Assembly (NCBI RefSeq): GCF_006345805.1
Contig: NC_042998.1
Location: 149,234,001-149,298,000 of the forward strand
Direction of reading: 5' to 3'
From: Octopus sinensis
Taxonomy: Eukaryota
Length of the DNA stretch: 64,000 bases
Each line of letters begins with the position of its first letter. Within the stretch, counting starts at the first letter, position 1. The notes beneath the pieces are model-generated. The model was not told the origin of the DNA and made no database searches. It was given only the letters and a program-made list of their open reading frames with translations. This document shows, in pieces, positions 13,595 to 25,587 of the stretch. Made by a program: the position numbers and the translations under genes.

Positions 13595-13773
13595 AGTGAG
13601 GGGAGAAGCCGATTAAATCGACCCCAGTGCTCAACTGGTACTTACATTATCAACACAGAAAGGATGAAAGGCAAAAATCGATCTCGGTGGAATTTGAACT
13701 CAGAACCTGAAGACGGACGAAATGCTGCTAAGCATTTTGCCCTACCTGCTAACGATTCTCCCAGCTCGCCACC
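13595..13773 (-). mobile_element. SINE family 2
   Basis: Minus-strand head ggtggcgagctgggagaatcgttagc. Confidence 0.8.
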
Positions 13774-14996
13774 TTAACGTAGAAATTAATATTAGCTGTT
13801 ATTATGAATGCTTACCATATACACTAACCACCTTAACATCTAAATAGTTAGTCTCATTTATGGAGTTGCTTCGAGATCCACTGGATATAATTTCCCAAGC
13901 AAATATTCCAAATAATTGTTGTTAGGAATAAAAATATATCTGAAGCATCTAGTGATTTTTTTTTTCTTACCAAACCTATCTTTTTTACGACGTGGAATAT
14001 ATATATTCAGCATGGGTTTTAAATACTGAATTTTTGTTTCCAGCTTTCATAATCGTCCGAACATCGTCAACGAAAAACTCTAGGGATTTGCGAAATTTTA
14101 GTTTCCAGTAAATTATACGCCCGCGCGCGCACACACACATGCACACACACACACACACACTGACTCACAGCAACACATACACACACGCACACACACAAAC
14201 ACTCACACATGCAATATATTCATATAGGGAACTGATGTACAAACATGAAAGAATATATCAACGGTAATTAATATATCAATCAATAAACGGTTAAACTCCA
14301 ATACTTTATTAAAAATATCTTTGAGAGCAACATATTTACAATAAGATAAGGAAAGTATAAATTCCATACTTAAATTGTGCTCGACACCTGTTTCATTAAA
14401 ATAAAAAAAACACCAAATGTATTATTACAAAAGTTGCGATTATCAATTTGAATAAACTTAAATAAATTTAAGACTAATTAATTCCAAGACAGTCATCACT
14501 TATGCTATGCTTCCTATATGCGAAATTTCTGTCACACACGCACGCACACAAGTATATACATACATACACATAGGTATATATATATGTTAAGCATTATAGT
14601 ATGTATATGCACGGCATGTATTCTTATATAAAGACCAATATATAGCTATAAACATGTATGTAAATATACGTAGAATATATCTACATACATTAATATTTGG
14701 ATTAAGAACTATGGACATAAAGTCATATACGGAGACACATTAGGATCAAAACGTAGCACAATCTTACAAAGAAGCATACACCCACTCTCTCTGTCTCTCA
14801 CATTATTTCTCTCTTTCTCTTTCTCTCTCTTTTTTACACACATACCCACTCTATCTCTAAAACTTACGCGCGCGCGCACACATATAGAGTTGATGTTTCT
14901 ATCTTAAAGTCGACATATTCCTGCGCAAAGTTCGTTGATAGATTACATATGCCTGCAAATTCTTCGAATGGACATAAGAAGTCATAAATCGTATGT

Positions 14997-15044
<48 letters not shown>

Positions 15045-15111
15045 AACATGTACACGCACTTACACATGTACACACACACACAAACACACACATACATTCG
15101 TATATATAACG

Positions 15112-15142
<31 letters not shown>

Positions 15143-15204
15143 GATATTTTGAAGCGCATTTATACATATAAGTTTGTATATATTTACCCATGTTAGCTAG
15201 ATCT

Positions 15205-15462
15205 ATATGCATGTGTGTATGTATGTATGTATGTATGTATGTATGTATGTATGTATGTATGTATGTATGTATGTATGTATGTATGCATGTATGTATTTAT
15301 GTATGTATGTATGTATGTATGTATGTATGTATGTATGTATGTATGTATGTATGTATGTATGTATGTATGTATGTATGTATGTATGTATGTATGTATGTAT
15401 GTATGTATGCATGTATGTATTTATGTATGTATGTATGTATGTATGTATGTATGTATGTATGA
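15205..15462. repeat. (ATGT)n tetranucleotide array
   Basis: Direct reading; similar arrays at about 16075-16255, 23330-23390, 34425-34495. Confidence 0.95.
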
Positions 15463-15768
15463 ATGTATTATGTATGCATATGTTTGTGTAAAAGAGGGAG
15501 AGAGACAGACAGACAGAGACAGAGACAGAGACAGACCGGGTGAGTGCCTTGGAGAGAATATAGAAAATGTGTTTAGTCCTAAGAAACATTGAAAAAAATG
15601 CATACATAAATACATACAAACTTACATGCATACTTACATACAACCATGCATACACATCCATCCATACATATATACATACACACACACACACACATATATA
15701 TATGTGTGTATATATATACATGTGTATATATATATATATATCATATATCATATATCATATCATATATC

Positions 15769-15803
<35 letters not shown>

Positions 15804-16448
15804 ATATATATTGGCGACAAGAAACCTACGCATGTATAAACTAGTATGTATAATCGGGTATGAGTATCTATATGTATAAATAGGATTGTATTCGTGTATG
15901 TATATATTTATATTTGTATAGACTCGTACGTGTCTGTACGCGTGTTTGGTATCATAGGTGATGTGTGAAGTAGGGAGGGTGTGAGTTAGTTGTGTGTCGG
16001 TGAGAGAGAGGTGGGTTCACTGGATATAGAATATATTAACAAATACGTGCTTAAATACATTCATATATGTATACACATGTATGTATGTATGTATGTATGT
16101 ATGTATGTATGTATGTATGTATGTATGTATGTATGTATGGATGGATGTATGTGTGTATGTATGTATGCGTGTATGCATGTATGTATGTATGTATGTATGT
16201 ATGTATGTATGTATGTATGTATGTGTGTGTATGTATGTATGTATGTATGTATACACACATATGTGAATATTTATCGGGATATATATGTTCATGACTGTGT
16301 ATGGCGGAGTGTTGTGTAAATGTTTAAATATATACATGTGTGTGTGTGTTTATGTATATATGTATATATGTATACACACACTCAAATGTATTTACATATA
16401 TATATGCACAGACACACACATATATATCTATATTTATATTTACCTCTC

Positions 16449-16494
<46 letters not shown>

Positions 16495-17479
16495 ATATAT
16501 AATATATATATATTATATATATATATCAATATACATACATACATACAAACATACATACACACATATGTCTATGTCTTTAGTATGGAGGTGTTTGAGGTCT
16601 GTGTCTGTCTGTATGTATGTATGTATGTATGTATGGCTATGTCTGTGTACATGTGAATATGTGTGCGTGTGCGTGTGTGTGAGTGAGTATAGCTTGATCA
16701 AATGTCACATGATGTGGAACTAATACGTTAATCCTCTCCACAACAGATCCAACGCCAGCCTTCAGCATTCATAGCGTCTGATATTACAACAGGCTCACAT
16801 CACAGCTGGCGGTTCTGACTGGAGCCGGTGGTGGAGATGATTGTGGTGGTGGAGATGTGGTTGTGGTGGTGATGGTGGTAGTAGTGGTGGTTGCTGTTGT
16901 GGTTACAGTGGTGGTGATGGTATCAGTGGTTGTTCTCTCCGGTGGTGGTGGTGGTGGTGGTGATAATAGCACTAGTGGCAACGGTAGATACGGTAGTAAT
17001 GTTAGTTTTGATTGGTGGTGGTGGTTGTGGTGGTTGTGGTGGTTGTGGTGGTGGGGAAAAGTTGCGGCGGCGGAGGCGATGATGGCCATGGCAATGACGG
17101 TAGGTGAAGTTTAGTGGTACAGGTAAAGCTAGTTGTATTATTGGTATCGAAATGGGGAACGTTAGCGTTGGTGATAGTTGATTATAAGCACTGTAGTAGG
17201 GGTGGTGGTGATTGTGATGTGGTGGTGGTGGTGGTGGTGGCGATAGTGGTTATAGGGGAACTGGTGTGTCGGTTTTAGTGTATACCTGATATGGCGGTAA
17301 TGTTTATTCTGGTGATCAAGTGGTGCAGATGGACCGGTTGCTTGCAGCGATTTCAGCGTTCCTAGTGTTTACTTTGATTTTGTTACTGCTGTTGTTGATG
17401 TTAGTAGTGATAGTGCTTGTGTGTGTGTATGTGTGTGTGTGTGGGGGGGTAACACTTGCAGTTCTTTTGACGTGTCACA

Positions 17480-17920
17480 ATGGTCATCTCTTACCTAACA
17501 GTTCCATATCATCTTTGTTACTTGGTCAAACAATAAAGCATAGTCAGACATTTGAGAGTTCCTTGGGTCCCCTGGGCACCGTCTCCACAAGCACTACACT
17601 GGCTTATCCTGTGACATATCGTATTTCTCCATCGGTTACTCACTTTCTGTATAAATAAGTTATTCGCTTCCTGTACCCGTAAGCTCATGCAGTTCTTTTA
17701 CGAGTTCTCATTTCATTCGTCAGGAAGAAAGGGCAATGCCCTTTACCTCCACAGGTTCTCCATTTAAGAATGAAGATAGGTATAACTACGTAACGCAATA
17801 GTAGCTGTTTAAACAGATTTCTATTGACAGCTGTAGATTTTTGATGGTGAGAGTAACAAAAGGGTATCAGTGTAACACAAGAGAAACAAGGCTTTAAAGA
17901 AAATTTTGTGCTACCACTCA
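17480..17920 (-). mobile_element. Possible degenerate mariner 5' remnant
   Basis: Minus strand starts gagtggtagcacaaaatttt (mariner-like TIR start); heavily interrupted N-terminal-like coding remnants. Confidence 0.25.
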
Positions 17921-18064
17921 TACATACATACAAACATACATACATACATACATACACACACACACATGTGTGTGTGTGTATAAATATATAGGGAGAATTC
18001 ACACAAAAAAACAACAACAAAAGACGAAGACAGGTGATGTAGACAACTCGGGAAGTGAAAAAGT

Positions 18065-18100
18065 CTTTAACGTTTCGAGCTTACGCTCTTCCACAGAAAG
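18065..18100 (-). ncRNA. Degenerate minimal hammerhead-like motif
   Basis: CTTT-CTGTGGA-A-GAGC(gtaa)GCTC-GAAAC-GTT-AAAG; helices I and II pair; core differs from consensus at A6 and has an extra A. Confidence 0.4.
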
Positions 18101-18118
18101 GAACACAGAAAGAAACGG

Positions 18119-18251
18119 GCAAAACCATCACAAAAATATCACGAAAAACTGCTACTCAGAGTTTCACGTTTCAGTTCGTCGGACATAGTTGATAATGGGA
18201 ACATGAAACTCTGAGTAGCAGTTTCTTGTGATATTTTTGTGATGTTTTTGC
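18119..18251. repeat. Inverted repeat, 52-bp arms, 29-nt loop
   Basis: 18119-18170 vs 18200-18251, 48/52 complementary. Confidence 0.9.
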
Positions 18252-18358
18252 AGCATTAATAAAAAAGGACATTACTCTACCTCCGGTATTCCAGTACTAT
18301 TTTCTTCACCTTGTTTCACATTTATGTGCTTACTCTGGTACGCATACACACACACACA

Positions 18359-18418
<60 letters not shown>

Positions 18419-18429
18419 CAATAGAGAGG

Positions 18430-18860
18430 CCTGATGCCCTTATAAAATTCCTGATCTGTAGCATCTGTCCCATTCATAAGTCCCTCTGTACAGCGTGCAA
18501 TTTTTTGTATATAGGAAGAACCCACGGGTTAACTGTAAGGTTAGGAATGTAGTGTATAGCTTACGATGTACTGGGGGACGGTGCAGAAACATGACAGCTA
18601 CCTACATTGGAGAGACTGCACGCAGCATAGGAGAACGTCAGAGAAAAGCTCGTCAGCGCTCTACCAACATTGAGGCTCGAATATTAGCATAGAGGTTAAA
18701 ATAATATTCACACATAGAAATGACAGGACACTTAGATCACAGAGGCTATACACATAGCAGTAAACAGACCGAGCCTCAATAGAAAACACGACCGGAACAG
18801 TAACACCCACCACATAACTAAAGACAGTAGGGAAGAGAAGAGAGAGAGAAAATCGTAAAT
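18430..18860 (+). mobile_element. Penelope-like element remnant, GIY-YIG endonuclease region
   Basis: NCKVRNVVYSLRC...TYIGETARSIGERQR (ORF 18495-18692), then after frameshifts EAIHIAVNRPSLN at 18742-18780, typical PLE GIY-YIG motifs. Confidence 0.85.
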
Positions 18861-19013
18861 AATACACAGATACATACAGGGTAATATACACACAATAGAC
18901 ATATATGCATTTACCTGTGGTACATATATGAAATAGACAGATAAATAAATGTGTGTGCGCGTGTGTGTATTATAATGGAATAATTACTATGAAGCATTGT
19001 GTAGAATATATTC

Positions 19014-19189
19014 TATAAAAGATCGTGGGTAAGGCCACATCGGCAACATTCGTCAATTTTTTGGAGATGGGATCATAATCTCGAAATATTGAATACAAGG
19101 TAAATCTACATTAATTCACATATTTGTTTTCCTGTGGTTTACCTTGCATTTACTTCGCATTGTTTTGGCCTTACCCACGATCTTTTATA
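19014..19189. repeat. Inverted repeat (perfect 24-bp outer arms) enclosing a hammerhead-like remnant
   Basis: tataaaagatcgtgggtaaggcca and tggccttacccacgatcttttata; inside, TTGGAGAT-GGGAT(cata)ATCTC-GAAATATT at about 19058-19096. Confidence 0.85.
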
Positions 19190-19198
19190 CAATACATA

Positions 19199-19636
19199 TA
19201 TTAATATCTAATAGAAGTAACAGAGTGACCCAAGGCCCGAGAGTTTCGTGCGTTAGTACCATTTATCAAAGTATTCAGAGGTCAAAGACCTGTGAGTTTT
19301 AATAGCTGCTGATAAAATAGATAAATATATTTCCCTATGGAATGTTCTAGAACGTATTATAATAATGTCACGCGGATAATTCAAAATGTTTGCCCGAGAT
19401 GTCGTTCAATAAGCAAATACATAAATTTGCTTATTGAACGACATCTCGGGTAAACAGTTTGAATTATCCGCGTGACATTATTATAATACGTTCTAGAACA
19501 TTCCATAGGGAAATATATTTATCTGTCAACATCTATATAAACTTACAGACCTTCGACCTGTGAATAATTTAATAAGTGCCAACACACGAAACTCTCGAAC
19601 CTTGAGTCACTCTGTTACTTATACTAAATATTAATA
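19199..19636. repeat. About 440-bp fold-back palindrome, 6-nt loop at 19419-19424
   Basis: Inner 100-bp arms 98/100 complementary; outer arms visibly more diverged. Confidence 0.95.
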
Positions 19637-19825
19637 AAAATATATTCATATTTTGAGTTCTCTTTTTCTTGTTTGCATCAAGATGCCTATCGGGCGGCTT
19701 TTAAGCTAGTATATAGCTTTTAAGCAACTGACCCTGAATGGGAAGACCTGCAAACAGATCTCTGACTTGTTTTGGAGAATTTGTTGCAATTGCCTCCTGC
19801 AGATTCATATCCCAATAATGATCAT

Positions 19826-20130
19826 ATTTGTCACAAAAAAAAAAACTTATAAAAGAAATCACCAAAATCAATCAAAGTTATGAAAAGATAGGAATCCAAA
19901 ATTTCAGGACTGCAGGTCCGGATTCGTCCTGAAATGTTTTTAATTTACTCATGGAGTTAGCCTTTAGATTATAAAATTTGTTATCGTACAAAAAAATTTG
20001 TCGCAAAAAGTCACGTAAAAAAAAATCGCCGAAAACAATCACAGTAATGAAAACTTGGGAATCCAAAATTTCAGGATTGTGGTTCTGGATTCGGCCCAGA
20101 ATGTTTTTATTTACTCACAGAGTCAGCCTG
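19826..20130. repeat. Diverged two-copy tandem repeat, period about 168 bp
   Basis: ggaatccaaaatttcagga...tgtttt...ttactca..gagt.agcc at 19891 and 20058. Confidence 0.75.
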
Positions 20131-20305
20131 ATTCCAAAATGGTATATGTTGGGCTACGGCCTCAATGAGTAAAGTTGAAAAAGTATGACACACTGACACA
20201 CTGTCATTCACATATATTATACTACATTATATTGTATTATATTACATTACATTATATTATATTACATTATGTTGTATTATATTATATTGTATTGTATTAT
20301 ATTAA

Positions 20306-20705
20306 GGCGGCGAGCTGGCAGAAACGTTAGCGCGCCGGGCGAAATGCTTCGCGGCATTTCGACAGCCGTTACGTTCTGAGTTCAAATTCCCCCGAGGTCG
20401 ACTTTGCCTTTCATCCTTTCGGGGTCGATTAAATAAGTACCAGTTACGCACTGGGGTCGATATAATCGTCTTAATCCTTTTGTCTTTCCTTGTTTGTCCT
20501 CTCTGTATTTAGCCCCTTGTGGGTAGTAAAGAAATAGGTATTCCGTCTTCCGTTAAATTTTGAGTTCAAATTCCGCCGAGGCCGACTTTACCTTTTATCC
20601 CATCGGGATTGATAGAATTAGTGCCAGTTATGTTCTGGAGTCGATGTTATCGACCGAATCACTTCCACCGAAATAAGAGACCTTGTACTTCAAGTAGAAG
20701 GGATT
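20306..20705 (+). mobile_element. SINE family 2, full length with internal duplication
   Basis: Head ggcggcgagctggcagaaacgttagc; the gagttcaaattcc...gtcgactt block occurs twice. Confidence 0.9.
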
Positions 20706-20831
20706 TATTAAAGTTGAATAAGTGTGACGCACTGACATTCACATTTATTATATTAGATACGTTTAATTTTGGGGAATCTTTATTTCAATTAAAGTGTATT
20801 TTATGTGTGTGTGTTTTTTGTGTGTGTATGT

Positions 20832-20872
<41 letters not shown>

Positions 20873-21183
20873 TGTGTGTGTGTATGTGTGTGTATTAAAG
20901 AAAGCAAAAATAAAGCAAAAGTAATAGTGTTCAGTATGCTGGCGACAGGAATTTCTGTCAAAGAGACATGGTGAAGCAAATTTGTATATCATCACCTTCT
21001 TTCTCTCATATACCCACTCTTTCTCTCTCTTTCTCTCCCTCTCTGTCTCTTTCTTTCTTTGTCTGTCTGTCTGTCTATCTTCGTCACCGCCCTCACCGTC
21101 TCTGTGCCTGCTATTACTCTGATCCCATCGTGAGGAACAGTAGGAATGTCATTGAAGATATATATATATTCAATATATATACA

Positions 21184-21668
21184 CAGGGTAGGAAAATTAG
21201 AGAAATTTTTCTACCAGTGGCCTAGCATGTATAAAATAGTCAATAGACAATATATATTTTAAATAAAATTAGTGTACATTTAAACAAAAAAGAGGTGACC
21301 CTAACAGGACAACTTACAGCTTCCTTAACATGATTTTAGTAAGTCAACATTTTTATTTGCTGCCAACTAAAACTGTGCTTGCGCGGTGGATTTGAAAAGT
21401 TATAATATATAGAGATGAGATGTGCTATTTTATCACATAATTATATACTAATCTTTGGCGTACCCGTTGATGAGAACTTCGCTTAGGAAATTATTTTATT
21501 TGTTAATTAAATTTCGAAACCTAATTCCGGTAAAGAAATATGGTAAATGCTTTTATTTTTCATTCCCTTCGAAATTGGTCTTAACCGTGGTTTGGATTTT
21601 AGCTGTTCCTTCTAGCATGTAAAGTGTCCTGTTAGGGTCACCTCTTTTGTGTATAACTGTACACTAAT

Positions 21669-21669
<1 letters not shown>
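21184..21669 (+). mobile_element. Asymmetric fold-back family F, copy A
   Basis: One-sided flank cagggta...ccagtggcctagc...agtcaatagac, then inverted arms 21267-21318 and 21618-21669. Confidence 0.7.
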
Positions 21670-21732
<63 letters not shown>

Positions 21733-21944
21733 TATGTATATTTATGAATATGTATATATATATGTGTGTGTGTGTGTGTATAAATGCATTTATATATATA
21801 TATACATATGTATATATATATGCATTTATACACACCACACACATATATATATATATATACATATTCATATATATACATATATATATATATATACATATTC
21901 ATATATATAATATATATACATACAGATATATATATACAGATATA

Positions 21945-21975
<31 letters not shown>

Positions 21976-22083
21976 TATACATAATAATATGTATATATAT
22001 GAATATGTATATATATATATGTATATATATGAATATGTATATATGTATATACATATTCATATATATACATATATATACAGATA

Positions 22084-22157
<74 letters not shown>

Positions 22158-22633
22158 GAAAAAATAAGTCAAAATAGAAAATGCTAATATAATTTTATAA
22201 AGAACATTTCAGTACCGGTTTCAGTCATTTTGAGATCTTTTCAACTGTAACGATAAATAATTAAATTTAGAAAAATTAAAAGAAATGATTTTTTAAAGGA
22301 ATATTTGTATAGTGTTCAAATATAAGTGGCATTTTCCTTGTTTCTGCCTTGCTCTGTCTCTCTTGTTCGCTGTCTCTCTTGGTATACCAAGAATTCACAA
22401 CGACCTCCAACCCACAAGTGTGAACAAGAGAGACAGAGCAAGGCAGAAACAAGGAAAATGCCACTTATATTTGAACACTATACAAATATTCCTTTAAAAA
22501 ATCATTTCTTTTAATTTTTCTAAGTTTAATTATTTAATCGTTACAGTTGAAAGGGTCTCAAAATGACTGAAACCGGTACTGAAATGTTCTTAATATTATT
22601 AATTTATAATTTTCTATTTTGACTTATTTTTTC
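22158..22633. mobile_element. 476-bp fold-back element within (TA)n
   Basis: Arms 22158-22368 and 22422-22633 highly complementary; 53-nt loop; TA runs on both sides. Confidence 0.9.
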
Positions 22634-22666
22634 ATATATATCAACTCGTGTGCTCCTTTTCATCCT

Positions 22667-22764
<98 letters not shown>

Positions 22765-22814
22765 CATATATAATATGTATACATATGTATACATATGTAT
22801 ATATATATATATAC

Positions 22815-22890
22815 GTTAGCACATTGGGTGAAATGCTTAGCGGTATTTCGTCTGTCTTTACGTTCTGAGTTCAAATTCCGCCGAGGTTGA
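22815..22890 (+). mobile_element. SINE family 2 fragment
   Basis: cgttagcacattgggtgaaatgcttagcggtatttcg...gaggttgactttgcctttc. Confidence 0.75.
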
Positions 22891-23247
22891 CTTTGCCTTT
22901 CATTTTTGTCACATGTCCACATATGACAAAGTACTTGTGACGGCTTTGGGCCCCTCAAGATCACGGCTAGAATTCACATTTTTAGTTTATTCTTGCACAA
23001 GCTTTCCCGTAGGTCTTAACTTCCATAAGTTTTATTTCTTTATGTATTTTTCATTTTTTCCGGTTTCTTTTTTAATTGTGTGAATGTGTACGTGTGTGAG
23101 TATATGCATATGTATATATTTTATTTGTATATGTATGTGCGTGTGTATATATATGTGTATGTGTATATCTATGAGCGTAGCACTGTGTCCAGTACATATG
23201 TGCGGGTGTAGGTGTGTGATGGAAGGGTACGCATGTATATATATATA

Positions 23248-23302
<55 letters not shown>

Positions 23303-23321
23303 GTACATATATATGCATATA

Positions 23322-23357
<36 letters not shown>

Positions 23358-23979
23358 TGTATGTATGTATGTATGTATGTATGTATGTATGTGTGTATAT
23401 ATATGTACATATATGTATTTGTTCGGATGCGGGAGTGTGAATGTATGTCTGTATATATATACGTATATTTATATGTATAAATGCCTAAATATATATTTAT
23501 TATGTTGCGTGTATGCATGTAAACACCTATGTGTATATGAGGATCAGGGTGCATACATATATATACACGTGTGCGTGTGTAAATATGTGTACATGTATGA
23601 GTACGTACATACACATATATGTTTGTGTGTGTATACGCATGTATGCATACATGTTTCTGTGAGTGTGTACGTATGTTAACGTTGTGAACGCAAGAGGTTT
23701 ATGTCTATGTATCGTGAGAATATGGTTCCGTGTATTTTTTATCTTGTTTTCTTTCTTTTTCTATCTATTAGAGTAACTTCCCATTTATTCAACAGTTTTT
23801 CATATCGTCTGTTGCCATAAATATCTGACGAGAATGCACCGTAGCTCTTTGCTCCGACACCTTTTACTGTTTGCTCTAAGTTATAACATATATAAATAAT
23901 CCTTTATTTTATCTAATATCGATGTCTCATTCTTTTGTTGTTACTTCTTATTATATATATATATATATTGTGGCGACAT

Positions 23980-24065
<86 letters not shown>

Positions 24066-24110
24066 GGATGGATGGATGGATAGATAGATAGATAGACAGA
24101 TAGATAGATA
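23980..24110. repeat. (GATA)n array
   Basis: Direct reading; also about 56950-57038 and 61530-61610. Confidence 0.95.
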
Positions 24111-24124
24111 TTGGGATGGATGGA

Positions 24125-24700
24125 TGAATATTTGCAAAGGACGGTTTCTTGTATAGTTTCTATTATCATTTGTCAACCCCACGTAGTTGGAAAATGAACT
24201 TCTGTACACCCATGCCTTGGTCTTTAGCTGTTCTTTCGTTGTAGGGATCATTGGTGCTTGATCAGACGCTATTAGTGTGTTCCGTTGTATTCCTTGAGTG
24301 TTTCGGCGACTGGAAGGATCAAGGGAGTAGTCCTTATCTTTAGGATATATTTCAGTAGTAATTGAACATAAAATGCCAAAGTAATTCTGTACACAGTTGG
24401 AAGCTTCTACAGTAACAATATTCTTGCATGTCCGGCTAATATTCCATCTGTAGTATTTTTATTTCATTCTGTTGGTGGTCTACGGGTGTGGTTTGTATAT
24501 ACAACCTATCACGATATAGTGTACAGTGCATTGTATTCTTCGTCGTCGACAGTTTTTCGTTACTACAGAGAATTCCAGGCAAGATTAACGTCATCCATAT
24601 TGAAACTGTTTCTACACTAATGGTGATTCTAACTTACTAAGTCAGTATAGTTCCTTGCTATTTTTATCCCACTTCCACATTGCGTTTTGCTCATTTGTTA
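24125..24700 (-). mobile_element. Degenerate Penelope-like remnant (possibly Neptune-type), thumb/linker to GIY-YIG
   Basis: Minus frame ...EIYPKDKDYSLDPSSRRNT...KTKAWVYRSSFSNYVGLT, resembling the PLE FPKxH...FNRNT and VY...YIGLT motifs. Confidence 0.45.
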
Positions 24701-24914
24701 TTTTTGTGACGTCTATTTATAGGCTGCTGACATTTTTATAGAAAATAATATCAGGTCTATTATTTTCAGCCTTCTGGTTTGTCTGTCTGTCTGCTACCAT
24801 TTTCTATGATTTTTGTATAAGAAAAAAGTTGGTCAGGCCTACCTGGAGTAATTTCACTTTTATTTCGGGTCTCCAAGTATATTTGGGTCTCCAAGTATAT
24901 TGGTATCAAATTTT

Positions 24915-25102
24915 GGCTCAAAGCCAGCATTTTCAAGGAAGGGGGATAGTCTCTTACATTGACCCCAGTACTTATTTTATCGATCCTCAAATGATGAAAG
25001 GCAAAATAGACCGCGGTAGAATTTGAATTCAAAATGTACAGACGGACGAAATGCCGCTAAGCAATTTGCTTGGCGTGCTAACGGTTCTGTCAGCACACCG
25101 CC
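24915..25102 (-). mobile_element. SINE family 2
   Basis: Minus head ggcggtgtgctgacagaaccgttagcacgcc. Confidence 0.8.
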
Positions 25103-25587
25103 TTATATGTTGGAAGATGCTAACAAGCATTCCGTTGTAAAATGTTTCAAAACTACACCACTTTGGTGATATATCTTGTACAGGAATTATAGATATGACT
25201 ATCGGTGGTGCTGAAGTTGGTATCTTAAAGCAAAATGTTGGTTGTATCGCCCCTTTATATTCGATGTGAACATCAGGTTTGGACTGCCGACAAATTCTAA
25301 TCAGTTAACGGCCTCCATATAAACTAACAGGGTTATTTTGCGTGGACATTACTTTTTAATCTCTTGTCTTTCTTTTCTTTCCACTCTTTATTCTATATTT
25401 TGAGAAAGGACAATATCCGAAGCCTCGTAATCGGTTTTTGGTCTCCGAGTAGCAACCTAATAATTTTATTGTGAATTCATTTTTGTTTTCAGTATCTCTT
25501 TCCCTCCCCTTCTCTCTATCTCTCTATCATTCTTGTGTGTGTATGCGAAGGATGGAGCAAATAAAAGGAAGTACTACTCAATACATG

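Noticed and set aside
15205-15462. CRISPR-like or protein-repeat array
   Set aside because: Pure (ATGT)n with no spacers; eukaryotic context
23824-23860. Hammerhead at CTGACGAG...CCGACA
   Set aside because: GAAA replaced by GACA and no convincing helix I or III
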